A stretch of DNA of 64,000 nucleotides from Candidatus Poribacteria bacterium (GTDB lineage Bacteria; Poribacteria; WGA-4E; GCA-2687025), in assembly GCA_963665845.2 (NCBI GenBank), contig OY762492.1:32001-96000 (forward strand), read 5' to 3'. The translations under genes were made by a program, and so were the position numbers. The notes beneath the pieces were generated by a model, which saw nothing but the letters and a program-made list of their open reading frames with translations, did not search any database and had not been told where the DNA came from. This document shows, in pieces, positions 1 through 9,792 of this stretch; within the stretch, counting starts at the first letter, position 1, and each line of letters starts with the position of its first letter.

Positions 1-807
1 CAGCGCGCGAAATGCGATCAGGTCGTGGATCTCTTCAAACGGAATGCCCCGCACCGTGATTTTTTGATGGATGCTGTAAAAATGCTTGGGGCGCCCAAAC
101 ACCTGGCTTCCCTCAATGCCGCCCTCTTCAAGCGTCTCCTGAATCTTCTCCGCCATTTCAACAGCGTACGATTCGCGTTCATCCCGCCTTTCCGCCACCT
201 TTGCGGCGATCTCGCTGTATTTTTCAGGCTCCAGCGTCTTGAACGACAGGTCTTCCAGCTGGGTGCGAATGCGGTGGATGCCGAGCCGCGCCGCCAAAGG
301 CGCATAAATGTCCAGCGTCTCTTTGGCGATCCGCCGCCGCTTCATCGCCTCCAAAAACTGTATCGTCTGCATGTTATGGAGCCTGTCCGCCAGTTTCACG
401 ATGACGACGCGCACATCGCGCGCCATCGCCAGCACCATCTTGCGGTAGTTTTCAACCTGCCGCTCCTCGAAGACCTGAAACGGCAGCGCGCCCAGCTTGG
501 TGACCCCCTCCACCAAAGAGGCGATCTCCGACCCGAAATACCCGGTCAAATGCTCCACATGCACATTTGTGTCTTCTAAAACGTCATGGAGCAGCCCGGC
601 GCAGACGGTCGGCAGGTCCATACGCATTTCGATCAGTATCTTTGCCGCTTCATACGGATGCTCAAAATAGGGGCGGTTGGAACGGCGCAGCTGTCCGCGG
701 TGCTTCTCTTCGGCGTACTCGTACGAAAGGCGCAGGAGCGCGGCGTCATCCTCCTCAAGATCCGGTTGATATTCCCGCATCAGCGTCAACAGCTCTTCAG
801 CGCTCAT
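1..807 (-). CDS. relA: RelA/SpoT (p)ppGpp synthetase/hydrolase, N-terminal part (runs off window)
   Basis: Manual translation MSAEELLTLMREY...KHRGQLRRSNRPYFEHP...AGLLHDVLEDT is an RSH HD domain; ATG overlaps the recJ stop; not in the ORF track because it is truncated. Confidence 0.93.
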   Translation of the reverse strand, partial: MSAEELLTLMREYQPDLEEDDAALLRLSYEYAEEKHRGQLRRSNRPYFEHPYEAAKILIEMRMDLPTVCAGLLHDVLEDTNVHVEHLTGYFGSEIASLVEGVTKLGALPFQVFEERQVENYRKMVLAMARDVRVVIVKLADRLHNMQTIQFLEAMKRRRIAKETLDIYAPLAARLGIHRIRTQLEDLSFKTLEPEKYSEIAAKVAERRDERESYAVEMAEKIQETLEEGGIEGSQVFGRPKHFYSIHQKITVRGIPFEEIHDLIAFRAL

Positions 808-3488
808 GGCGCGCTCCCTTCTCGACGATAAGTCCGCAGCGCCTCATACACATCCTGCGCGGTCGCCTTTGCCCAAAAACGGGACTGTATTTCAAACGCG
901 AGCCGATCAACGCGGCCGCGCCGATAGGTCGGCGACGCCTCAATCTCTTTTCGCCCAACATCTTTCGCTCTGTAACTTCCGCCGTTCGACGCGCCGATTC
1001 GTTCGTAAAGGTCCATCTCCTCAAAGACGCTTTTTGCATGGGAGAATCCAGCCTGCAGCGGTTCTGACAGCGCTTCCATCCAGTCCGTTTCCAGCATCGG
1101 CGCTTTTTGAGACGCCAGCGGTCTGTAGATTTCCCGCAGCGCGTTCTTGTCAGGCCGGGCTAAAGCGTACAGCCGCCGCGCGTGTTCAATATCGTTCTCG
1201 TTAAACAGCAGAACCGCTCTGCGCGTCTCCGACCCGCTCGGCTCTCCTTTTCCCCAACCGACAAACAACGGAGATGTCTGTATAAAGAATGTCTCGATGT
1301 CGTCCGGCGGATGACAGAACAGTACCGCCCGCGCCGCTTCCCATTTCAACTCCCCCGACTCCCCCGACTCTCCCGCCTCCGCCGCGTCGGTCAACGAAAC
1401 GGACGAGATGACCGCGTCCAGCTCTCCGTTCAAAAGGCGGCCGACCGCTTCCTGCCGTTCCTCCATGCGCGTACTCCGCGAACAGAACGCGGCGGTCTCA
1501 TGCTCCTTTAAAATGCCCTGCGCCTGCTCCAAAGCCGCGTCGTCCCGCACATAAACCAGCGCGGCGCCTTCTCGGTTTGTCAGCCAGCGCTGAAGATACT
1601 CTGCCTTGTTGACGCCCCGCGCATCCTCCACCCGCAGCCAGACCGCGCGCGGCGACGGCGGATAGGTTTTTAGATTCATACCCGGCAGCGGCGGGCGTAT
1701 CTTCCAGTCCTCCGCGGTCAGTTGAACGCTCTTTCGCCCTTTATACTCGTTGATTTCAACCCGCCCCGCGACATTCACCTCCGCTTTCGGCGTCCGCAGC
1801 GGCGTGGCATATTCAGCGCCCCGCCAACTGACAACCCGAATGGTTCGAGTTCCGTCGGTCAGCGCCGCCGCAAGATGCGCCTTGTCCTTGCCCATCAGAA
1901 GCGGCGTCCCGCCTGCCCGCAGACCGCGTACGCCGACAACGACGGCTGGATTGCCTTCGCCAAACGGCTCCAGCAAGTTCAGCTCCTCCACTTCTCGAAC
2001 GTTCAGCGCGTCCAACGGAAGTACCGCCTCCACGTCCAACTTCGGCTGCAGATCCTTCTCGGAAAGCCTCGCGCGCGCGATTCTTAAAAACGCTTCGCGC
2101 AGGTCTTTCACCTTCTCCCGTTTCACCGTCATGCCCGCCGCCGCCGCATGTCCGCCGAAGGTTTCCATATGCTCGCGGCACTCCATGAGCGCTTTTTGGA
2201 TATGGAATTCTGGTATGCTGCGCGCCGATCCGCGCCCGATCTCTCCGTCAAGCGCAATCAGCGTTGTCGGGCGCCAGTACCGCTCCGCCAAGCGCGCCGC
2301 CGCGATCCCGACGACGCCTGAATTCCAGCCGTCCCTTGCGACAAGAATCGCGGCGTCCCGTTTCAGATCGGCGTTTTTGCGCAGATACGCTTCGGCATCC
2401 TTGACGACCGCGTCCTGAATCTCGCGCCGCCGCTGGTTTTTTTCGTTTAAATCGTCCGCAATCTCCTTCGCCCGCTCTTCCGACTCGGCGCGGAGCAGCT
2501 CCACCGCCTGCTGCGCCGTCTCCAAACGCCCCGCCGCGTTCAAGCGCGGACCGAGGCGAAAACCGACATCCCCGCTCCGAATCGGCGCGTTGGAAGCGAT
2601 CCCGCTCACGCCGCACAAGGCGCGTATCCCAGGGCGCCGCCGCTCCGACATGACCTCCAAGCCGATCTTAGCAAGAACGCGGTTTTCGCCCGTCAATTCC
2701 GCCACATCCGCGATGGTGCCAAGCGCCGTCAAGTCCAGCAGGCTGCGCAAAACGTCGGAGCTTTCCACATCCCCCCCGATGAGCGCATGCGCCAGTTTGA
2801 ACGCCAGCCCGACGCCCGCCAGATGCTCATACGGATAATCATGACCCTGCAGTTTTGGATTCACCCGCGCCGCCGTATTCAACGGAAGGCGCAGATCGTC
2901 CACCGCGTGATGATCGATGACGATCACATCCATGCCCGGCGCGTCCAGCCCCATAGAGTCGTCGCCGAGCGTGTCGAGACCGAGCGTGTCATGGACGGCG
3001 CGCTTCGTCCCAAGCCGCTCCGCCTCTTCGATGCGGTCGCGCGCGGTGATGCCGCAGTCGACCGTGATGAGCAGGTCTCCGCCGCCCGCTTGGATCTTGT
3101 CCACCGCTTCGGCGTTCATGCCGTAGCCTTCGCGGAATCGGTTTGGGATATAAAATTCGGGTTCGGCGCCGAGATGCGTCAGCGCGTCCATCAACAGGGC
3201 GACGGAGGTGGCGCCGTCCACATCGTAATCGCCATACACAACAATTTTTTCGTTCTTGTTGAGGGCGCGCTGAATCCGATCCACCGCCGCCCCCATGCCC
3301 GGCAAACGCATCGGATCATGCAGATGCGAGAGGGAAGGCTCCAGAAACGCGCGCGCCGCGGACTCGGTATCAATGCCGCGGTTTAGAAGCGCCTGCGCCG
3401 TCAGGGGAGAGACGCCGGCGTCCACGCTCAACTGCGCAGCCGCTTTCGCTTGAAACGGTTTCGTCTGCCATACTCGCTGTTGACGCAT
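804..3488 (-). CDS. recJ: ssDNA exonuclease RecJ with long C-terminal extension
   Basis: YGDYDVDG, ITVDCG, IDHH, GTIADV, GPRLNAAGR, GSARS, GGHAAAAG motifs; probable start MRQQRVW at 3488. Confidence 0.95.
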   Translation of the reverse strand: MRQQRVWQTKPFQAKAAAQLSVDAGVSPLTAQALLNRGIDTESAARAFLEPSLSHLHDPMRLPGMGAAVDRIQRALNKNEKIVVYGDYDVDGATSVALLMDALTHLGAEPEFYIPNRFREGYGMNAEAVDKIQAGGGDLLITVDCGITARDRIEEAERLGTKRAVHDTLGLDTLGDDSMGLDAPGMDVIVIDHHAVDDLRLPLNTAARVNPKLQGHDYPYEHLAGVGLAFKLAHALIGGDVESSDVLRSLLDLTALGTIADVAELTGENRVLAKIGLEVMSERRRPGIRALCGVSGIASNAPIRSGDVGFRLGPRLNAAGRLETAQQAVELLRAESEERAKEIADDLNEKNQRRREIQDAVVKDAEAYLRKNADLKRDAAILVARDGWNSGVVGIAAARLAERYWRPTTLIALDGEIGRGSARSIPEFHIQKALMECREHMETFGGHAAAAGMTVKREKVKDLREAFLRIARARLSEKDLQPKLDVEAVLPLDALNVREVEELNLLEPFGEGNPAVVVGVRGLRAGGTPLLMGKDKAHLAAALTDGTRTIRVVSWRGAEYATPLRTPKAEVNVAGRVEINEYKGRKSVQLTAEDWKIRPPLPGMNLKTYPPSPRAVWLRVEDARGVNKAEYLQRWLTNREGAALVYVRDDAALEQAQGILKEHETAAFCSRSTRMEERQEAVGRLLNGELDAVISSVSLTDAAEAGESGESGELKWEAARAVLFCHPPDDIETFFIQTSPLFVGWGKGEPSGSETRRAVLLFNENDIEHARRLYALARPDKNALREIYRPLASQKAPMLETDWMEALSEPLQAGFSHAKSVFEEMDLYERIGASNGGSYRAKDVGRKEIEASPTYRRGRVDRLAFEIQSRFWAKATAQDVYEALRTYRREGSAP

Positions 3489-3552
3489 GTCGCTGCCCCA
3501 TCCCAGCGGCGAAGACGGAACGAGCATTCCCGCGCAGGCGTCCGATCAAACG

Positions 3553-4590
3553 CTATACGCCCAACGGAATCGCGACGCCGTACTCCGCCGATGTCATCGC
3601 CGCGTCGTACACTTTCATTAAACGAACCATCTGCTCCGCCGTCACGATTAAATCCGCCTCGCCGCGCAGCGCCTCCGCCACATTTCGGTAGTAACCCCGC
3701 CAGTTGCCGCGCGCGGTGTCCATGATGAACTCTTTTCGATCCCCGTCTCGGTTTGACCAGACGAGAGCGCGGTCTTTCGGGTCCTCTTCCGCCTCGTCGA
3801 TTCGACCCTCTTTCATGTACGGCTCCTGCGGATCAATTCCCGTTTTGACAAGCGCGCCCGCGTCCCCAAACACCGCAAAGCGCGGACGGGCGTACATCGA
3901 CAGGTTGCCGACTTCGACGCGGAAGATGGCGCCGCCTTCAAAGTTCAGGTTGACGCGCACATAGCTGCCGATGTCCACATCCCATTTTCGGCTCTGTATC
4001 TGGCAATAGACGCTCTCCACCTTGCCGGGAACCAGCAGCAGCGCTTGATCCATCAGATGCGCGCCCCAGTCGAACAGAATGCCGCCGCTCTCGCTTTTGA
4101 CGCTGCGCCAGCCGCCGGGTTTTCCGTAACGCATGATCGCCGATTCGTAAAGATAAGGCTCGCCCAGCCAGCCGTCCTGTATCGCCTTCTGAACCGTCAA
4201 AAAATCCCAGTCCCATCGGCGGTTGTGAAAAACGGAGAAGAGAACGCCGTTGCGCTCCGCCGCGTCAGACAGATCGATCGTCTCCGCCGCGTTCATGGCG
4301 ACAATCTTATCGGTCACCAGATGCTTGCCCGCGTCCATCGCCGCGACGCCCAGGTCGCGGTGCGTGTCATGCGGCGTCGCCAAGACAACCAGATCAATAT
4401 CGCTGTCGTTCAGTACCTCGTCCATGCTGCCGACCACGTTCACATCGGGATGCTCTTGGCGCGCTCTGGCTTGCCGCTCCTCGTTGCGCGTTGAAATCGT
4501 ATGCAGCCGTATTCCCTCCTCAAGCCCAATCAGGTAGGAGTGGAAGGACCGCCCCGCAAATCCGTAACCGATCACCGCCGCGTTGATCAT
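3553..4590 (-). CDS. Gfo/Idh/MocA oxidoreductase
   Basis: IGYGFAG Rossmann motif, VFHNRRWD, GGILFDWGAH. Confidence 0.9.
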   Translation of the reverse strand: MINAAVIGYGFAGRSFHSYLIGLEEGIRLHTISTRNEERQARARQEHPDVNVVGSMDEVLNDSDIDLVVLATPHDTHRDLGVAAMDAGKHLVTDKIVAMNAAETIDLSDAAERNGVLFSVFHNRRWDWDFLTVQKAIQDGWLGEPYLYESAIMRYGKPGGWRSVKSESGGILFDWGAHLMDQALLLVPGKVESVYCQIQSRKWDVDIGSYVRVNLNFEGGAIFRVEVGNLSMYARPRFAVFGDAGALVKTGIDPQEPYMKEGRIDEAEEDPKDRALVWSNRDGDRKEFIMDTARGNWRGYYRNVAEALRGEADLIVTAEQMVRLMKVYDAAMTSAEYGVAIPLGV

Positions 4591-5051
4591 GTGCCGCTTC
4601 CTGTTTCTGTTCCGTCTGTGTCGCCGTCCGTTTCATCCGCGCCGCCGGCTTCGTAATCGTCTAACCGTTCGCCTCGGCGGTGCGCCTCAATCTGTTTTTC
4701 AAGGTATTCGCCCTCGTGCCGATCGTATTCGGTCACATAGCGCGCTTGCTCCATCGCCTCGTCGTAGCGCTGGAATTCCATGTATATTTTTGCTAAGTAT
4801 TCATGCATCTCTCGGAAGAGTCCGTCCCAGTTCTTCTCGCCTTTCATCGCCAGAAGACGCTCGGCGTCCTCCATCGCTTCAGCGGCAAGTTCATTCATGG
4901 CGGGCGGGTCGCCCCGTCCGTTTTCAGCGTTTTCGGCATTCTGCTCGCTTTCGCGGCGCAGCTGCGCCAAGGCGGCGTCCATCGTTTTATAGACGCGCTC
5001 GATATTCAAATCTGTCCAGCGACGGTACGCCGCCAAAAGACGCTGTATCAT
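4587..5051 (-). CDS. helical hypothetical protein (TPR-like)
   Basis: YLAKIYMEFQRYDEAMEQA TPR-like helix pair; overlaps next gene by 4 nt. Confidence 0.6.
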   Translation of the reverse strand: MIQRLLAAYRRWTDLNIERVYKTMDAALAQLRRESEQNAENAENGRGDPPAMNELAAEAMEDAERLLAMKGEKNWDGLFREMHEYLAKIYMEFQRYDEAMEQARYVTEYDRHEGEYLEKQIEAHRRGERLDDYEAGGADETDGDTDGTETGSGT

Positions 5052-5060
5052 TGCTGCCGC

Positions 5061-5552
5061 TTACGAGCTGAGCGTCACCTGAATCACATTGCCCGACAGT
5101 TCCGCCGGGTACTGGTTGAGCGGTCCTGAATTGACCGCCGGACCGCGCAGCGCCTTGCCGTTCAGGTCGAACCCTGACGAGTGGCAGGGGCATCTGAACT
5201 CGGCATCGTCGGCGCTGTATTTTGTCTTGCATTTTTTGTGCGAGCAGACGTTTTCCAGCGCGATCACTTCGGTTTGCGATTTCCGCACCACGAAGAAATC
5301 TTTGCCGCGGTATTTGACATGCTTGACCCCGCCCACTTTCTGCAGTTCGGGCGCGTCTGCCAAGGGCTGCCGGTAGCGCGGAGCCGCCGCGTCCGCGGTT
5401 TGAGATGAGCTGGACGCCCCAGGCGGCGTTCCGACAACGGAAGCGCATCCCGCGGCGGCCGACGCCGCCAAAGCTCCGCCCGCCGCCGCGGCGCGCGTCA
5501 AGAATTCGCGCCGTTTCAGGTCGCCGTCGTTCGCGCGTTTTTGATCAGACAT
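5061..5552 (-). CDS. Tat-exported Rieske [2Fe-2S] protein
   Basis: KRREFL twin-arginine signal; CSHKKC and CPCHSSGFD Rieske boxes; start moved to MSDQK because rpsR occupies the upstream DNA. Confidence 0.88.
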   Translation of the reverse strand: MSDQKRANDGDLKRREFLTRAAAAGGALAASAAAGCASVVGTPPGASSSSQTADAAAPRYRQPLADAPELQKVGGVKHVKYRGKDFFVVRKSQTEVIALENVCSHKKCKTKYSADDAEFRCPCHSSGFDLNGKALRGPAVNSGPLNQYPAELSGNVIQVTLSS

Positions 5553-5566
5553 TCTGTTCTCCATTT

Positions 5567-5791
5567 CTATCGTATCGTGAACGGAAGCAGCGCCAGATGG
5601 CGCGCCCGTTTGATCGCCAGTTGCAATTTGCGCTGACCCTTCGATGTGAGATAGGTCGTGCGCCGAGGACGAATTTTCCCCGTCTCCGTAATATAAAAGC
5701 GAATCGCCAGCAGATTCTTGTAATCCAGCTGCGATTCCAGCTCCTCCACCTGCTCTTTTGTCAAGCGCCGATTGCGCCGAACCATCTGCAA
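5567..5791 (-). CDS. rpsR: 30S ribosomal protein S18
   Basis: DYKN...[12 protein letters not shown]...[19 protein letters not shown]; GAGAGG RBS upstream. Confidence 0.95.
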   Translation of the reverse strand: MQMVRRNRRLTKEQVEELESQLDYKNLLAIRFYITETGKIRPRRTTYLTSKGQRKLQLAIKRARHLALLPFTIR

Positions 5792-5830
5792 AATCTAATC
5801 CTCTCAAAAAACGCCGCTATTTTCAACTTT

Positions 5831-5859
5831 ATCATACCCCGATCCGCCCTGCCTGTCAA
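5831..5859 (-). promoter_or_regulatory. sigma70 promoter for rpsR operon
   Basis: TTGACA-17bp-TATGAT on minus strand. Confidence 0.75.
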
Positions 5860-5879
5860 CAAGAATATTCTGACCGAGG

Positions 5880-6085
5880 GTATGCCCATGCGGGGATATT
5901 TATTTTACCTTAAAGCGTCCACGCCGCGGGTAGTCATTCCCGCGCAAGCGGAATCTTAAGGCATAGCAGTCGCCGCGCCCGCCCAGAAACCCCCCTAGCC
6001 CCCCTTTTCAAGGGGGGAATCGGACGCGCGCCCTTTTCAAGGGGGAATCGGACGCGGCGCCGCGAATATCCCCGTATGGGCGTAC
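5880..6085. mobile_element. MITE-like element (family B variant) with internal REP palindromes
   Basis: TIR GTATGCCCATGCGGGGATATT / AATATCCCCGTATGGGCGTAC (19/21); contains GTCATTCCCGCGCAAGCGGAATC and two CCCTTTTCAAGGGGG-AATCGGACGCG units. Confidence 0.7.
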
Positions 6086-6104
6086 TAGCGCGCCGTTTCG
6101 TCTC

Positions 6105-7043
6105 TTATTCGCTGTCGTCAATCAGAAGCCGCCCGCGCAGATCGTCCACGCAAGAGAGCCGCTCCTCCTTGAAATACCGCTCCATCTCGTCCACAATCTC
6201 AATCGAAGCGCGCGGATTCGTAAAATTGGCGGTACCGACCGCCACCGCCGACGCCCCCGCCAAGATAAACTCCAGCGCATCCTCCGCGTTCATAATGCCG
6301 CCCATCCCGATAATCGGCAGATCAACCGCCTGCGACGCTTCCCACACCATGCGCAGCGCGATCGGCTTCACCGCCGGACCCGACAAGCCCCCGACGATGC
6401 GCGACAGGTTCGGCCGCCGAGTCTTGACGTCTATGGACATGCCCAGCAGCGTGTTGATGAGCGAGAGGCCGTCCGCGCCGCCCTGTTCACACGCCTGCGC
6501 CATCGCCGCGATGTCGCTCACGTTCGGCGTCAGCTTCACAATCAAAGGCAGGTTGGTTGCCTTCTTGCATTTTTCAACAAGATCTCGCAGCGTTTTAGCA
6601 TGCACTCCAAACGCCATCCCGCCCTTGTCGATGTTGGGGCATGACACATTCAGCTCAATGCCGTGGACGCCGTCCGCCTTGTCGATGAGGCGGCACATCT
6701 GGACATATTCGCTCACCGTATTGCCGGAAAGGTTGACGAGAACGGCGGCATCGAAACTGCGCAGATAGGGCAGCTTTTCTCTAATAAACGCATCAATGCC
6801 GACATTCTGCAAGCCGATCGTGTTGAGCATGCCGCTGGGCGTTTCGTAGATGCGAGGCGGGGCGTTGCCTTTGCGCGACTGGAGCGTTATGCATTTGACG
6901 CCGACGCCGCCCAGCAGGTCCAGATTCACAAAGTCGGCGTATTCAGGGCCGTAGCCGAATGTCCCTGACGCAGTCATGACGGGATTTTTCATTCGAAACC
7001 CGCCGATATTGACGTTCATGTTCGGTTGAAAGCCGCTCGCCAT
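6105..7043 (-). CDS. pyrD: dihydroorotate dehydrogenase B, catalytic subunit
   Basis: TASGTFGYG, ELNVSCPN, VKLTPN, GGLSGPAVKP. Confidence 0.95.
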   Translation of the reverse strand: MASGFQPNMNVNIGGFRMKNPVMTASGTFGYGPEYADFVNLDLLGGVGVKCITLQSRKGNAPPRIYETPSGMLNTIGLQNVGIDAFIREKLPYLRSFDAAVLVNLSGNTVSEYVQMCRLIDKADGVHGIELNVSCPNIDKGGMAFGVHAKTLRDLVEKCKKATNLPLIVKLTPNVSDIAAMAQACEQGGADGLSLINTLLGMSIDVKTRRPNLSRIVGGLSGPAVKPIALRMVWEASQAVDLPIIGMGGIMNAEDALEFILAGASAVAVGTANFTNPRASIEIVDEMERYFKEERLSCVDDLRGRLLIDDSE

Positions 7044-7083
7044 GACATCGCCCGTTTAGTTTAAGAAATCAATGAACGCCCGA

Positions 7084-7890
7084 TCATAGGCGGTAGCGGC
7101 TCCATAGAACGCGGCTGGAGTCAAACACAGGACCTTCGATGCAGACCCGATCATACTCCATTTCGCCGCCTTTCTGTATAGGGACGACGCAGCCGAGGCA
7201 GACGCCCATCGCGCATCCCATGCGGTTTTCCAGCGCCGACTGCGCCGGGAGCTGTCGTTCCGTTGTGAAAGACGACAACGCTTCCATCATCGCCTTCGGG
7301 CCGCAAGTGTAAACGACCGGATTGGACAGCTCAACGCTCTCTTTTTTAAACGTCTTAATAAACAGATCCGTTACGAAACCATGGTAACCGTCGCTGCCGT
7401 CGTCCGTAGCGGTATGGATGTCCAGCCCGAACGGCTCAAGGTCGTCTAGGCAGAGGAGATACTCGCGGCTGCGGGCGCCGATAAAGACGCGAGCCGCGCC
7501 GCCGCTCTGCGCGAGCCTCTCCGCCAAGAGAAACAGCGACGCCATGCCGACTCCGCCGCCCACGATATAGGCGGTCTCTCCTTTTTTTGGGAGGCTGAAG
7601 CCGTTTCCCAGCGGTCCGATCATCTGAACCGCCGCGCCGATGGGAAGCTCCGCAAGCGCGCCGCTTCCGGCGCCGACAATCTGAAACAGTATTTCCAGCT
7701 CTCCCTGCCGCCGTCTGTAAATCGTGTAAGGGCGGCGCAGGAGCAGCCCCGTCTGGTCGGGCAGGAGAAGGTGAAGAAACTGACCTGGCTCCGCTGTCGG
7801 CTCCGTCCAGCCGCATTCGATGCGCATCCAGACATGGTTCGGCGCCGGGCGTTTTTTTTCTAGGATGGTTCCGACCGCGTCCGATTTCAT
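7084..7890 (-). CDS. pyrK: dihydroorotate dehydrogenase electron transfer subunit
   Basis: LRRPYT, GPLGNGF, GGGVG, MGCAMGVCLGC...CIEGPVF; adjacent to pyrD. Confidence 0.93.
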   Translation of the reverse strand: MKSDAVGTILEKKRPAPNHVWMRIECGWTEPTAEPGQFLHLLLPDQTGLLLRRPYTIYRRRQGELEILFQIVGAGSGALAELPIGAAVQMIGPLGNGFSLPKKGETAYIVGGGVGMASLFLLAERLAQSGGAARVFIGARSREYLLCLDDLEPFGLDIHTATDDGSDGYHGFVTDLFIKTFKKESVELSNPVVYTCGPKAMMEALSSFTTERQLPAQSALENRMGCAMGVCLGCVVPIQKGGEMEYDRVCIEGPVFDSSRVLWSRYRL

Positions 7891-7893
7891 CGC

Positions 7894-8832
7894 TTACGCT
7901 GAAAGCCTTTCAAGATGGCGGACGATGGAATCGCCAAGCCCTTTTAAATTATAGCCGCCTTCCAGCAACGAGACGAGCCGACCGCCGCAATGCTCCTCGG
8001 CGATGGCGCGGACGATGTCGGTCAGCCGTCCGAAGCCGTCTGTTGTGATGTTGATGTTTCCGAGAGGATCCAGCTCATGGGCGTCAAAGCCCGCGGAGAT
8101 CAGAATGAGATTCGGTTTGAACTCCTCGGCGGCAGGGATCAGCCGTTCTTCAAAGGCGCGGATGTAGTCGCTGTCCCCGCTGCCTGGGGGGACGGGAATG
8201 TTGAGCGTTGCGCCGTCTCCTTCGCCTTCGCCCCGCTCGTCCGCCATGCCGGTTCCAGGATAAAGCGGGCTTTGATGAATGGAGAAAAAGAAAACGGACG
8301 GGTCCTCATAAAAAATATCCTGCGTCCCGTTGCCATGGTGGACATCCCAGTCGACAATGAGAATGCGCTCAAATCCGCAATTGATCTGCGCATGCTTTGC
8401 GGCGGCGGCAATCGAGTTGAAGATGCAGAACCCCATGCTTCGGGTCGGCGTCGCGTGATGCCCCGGCGGACGGACGCAGGCGAAAGCGTTCTCCGCCGCG
8501 CCTTCGGCGACCGCCTCCACGGCGCGCATCGCCGCCCCGACTGCTAAAAGCGCCGTCGCATAGGTTCCTTCGGACGCAACCGTGTCCATGTCTAAATGTC
8601 CGCCGCCCGCTTCAGAAACGGCTTTGGCAAGCTCAACCATCTCTTTGGAATGAACGCGCCGCACATCCGACTTTTGCGCAGGCGCCGGTTCTATCGGAAT
8701 CAGCCGCTGAAGAAGGTCGGCGCCGGCGAGGGCGCGCTCCGCCGCGTCCATACGCTGCCGCCGTTCGGGGTGCGCGTTTCCGGTGTCATGGTTCTTGAAT
8801 TCGGGGCTGTACAAGAAGCCTGTTCGCGTCAT
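7894..8832 (-). CDS. histone deacetylase family (AcuC/AphA-like) amidohydrolase
   Basis: HPE, RPPGHHA, GFCIFN, DWDVHHGNGTQ, SAGFDAH, LEGGY. Confidence 0.93.
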   Translation of the reverse strand: MTRTGFLYSPEFKNHDTGNAHPERRQRMDAAERALAGADLLQRLIPIEPAPAQKSDVRRVHSKEMVELAKAVSEAGGGHLDMDTVASEGTYATALLAVGAAMRAVEAVAEGAAENAFACVRPPGHHATPTRSMGFCIFNSIAAAAKHAQINCGFERILIVDWDVHHGNGTQDIFYEDPSVFFFSIHQSPLYPGTGMADERGEGEGDGATLNIPVPPGSGDSDYIRAFEERLIPAAEEFKPNLILISAGFDAHELDPLGNINITTDGFGRLTDIVRAIAEEHCGGRLVSLLEGGYNLKGLGDSIVRHLERLSA

Positions 8833-9788
8833 AGGTCGATCTCGTCCGCTTCTTCTTCCATTTCTACCGCTGTCCGCTCTGGGCTGATTCCTTCATTCCG
8901 CAAACGAAACTGATAATAAAGCAGACACTGCGCCCACCAACGCATAGGCTCAAGAAGCGCCGCCGCCGCCGTCGGAAGCCCCGCCCATAACAGCGCGGTC
9001 GCCGGCGCCGTCGGTTCAGGCGCCGGGAGACGAATCGCGTTCATATCGGGGTCGTACTCCGTCTCGCTTGGATACGCGGTCTGCTCCTCGCCTCGAATCA
9101 GGTAGTTCGCCTTCGGGTCGTACCGTTCCCCTTCTTGCAGCTGATATATATAGTAGCCGCTCTCCAGTTCGTTGAAGCCATGCGGAAACGGGGCGGGGCG
9201 CATTGCGTGAATCATCATGAGCGCGACCAACGCGGCGGAGAGCGAGATCGCCCCTGGCAGCGCCGCCGAGTTGAATTCGCCTTGCGTCAGCATACGGCTT
9301 CGTCGAAGGGCGGCGCGCCCGCCGTCCCCCTCAATGAGCGCGGCATGGGGGGAAAACATCCACCAAAAAGAGAACACCAAGGCGAGCGCGCCGTAGGGGA
9401 AGGCGTAGACCAGAATCATCGACGGGAACGCCAAGAAAGCCGCCGCCCCCGTCAAGCGAAGACGCCGTATGCCGACCGGCGGGCGCGTTTGCGTCCATGC
9501 GCATGCGGCGATGCGCGCCGTCATTGCCGATCCGAACGGGCTAAGGCAAAGAACGCATGTCAACGTCATCGCGGAGCCTACGGCGGCATGTTCGGCGCCG
9601 AGCGGCGGAGCCAAGACCCAGAGCGCGTAGGCGGTCAATCCTCCGAAGACGGTTCCGATGAAGAAAAAAAGAAGCGCGGCGGGCGCCGTCTGCCGAAACG
9701 TCGCGCCGTAAAGGCGGAAGGCGTCTATGAACAGCTCGCGCAGACCGCGCCTGCGCCATGGGTCGCCGAAAATCTCGCTCGGATCCAA
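8829..9788 (-). CDS. multi-pass membrane protein
   Basis: Several hydrophobic helices, ALRRSRMLTQG motif, extracytoplasmic loop; operonic spacing. Confidence 0.65.
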   Translation of the reverse strand: MDPSEIFGDPWRRRGLRELFIDAFRLYGATFRQTAPAALLFFFIGTVFGGLTAYALWVLAPPLGAEHAAVGSAMTLTCVLCLSPFGSAMTARIAACAWTQTRPPVGIRRLRLTGAAAFLAFPSMILVYAFPYGALALVFSFWWMFSPHAALIEGDGGRAALRRSRMLTQGEFNSAALPGAISLSAALVALMMIHAMRPAPFPHGFNELESGYYIYQLQEGERYDPKANYLIRGEEQTAYPSETEYDPDMNAIRLPAPEPTAPATALLWAGLPTAAAALLEPMRWWAQCLLYYQFRLRNEGISPERTAVEMEEEADEIDL

Positions 9789-9792
9789 CGCG

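Noticed and set aside
5553-5807. 248-aa version of the Rieske ORF
   Set aside because: The extension overlaps rpsR in another frame; the Tat signal fits a start at 5552
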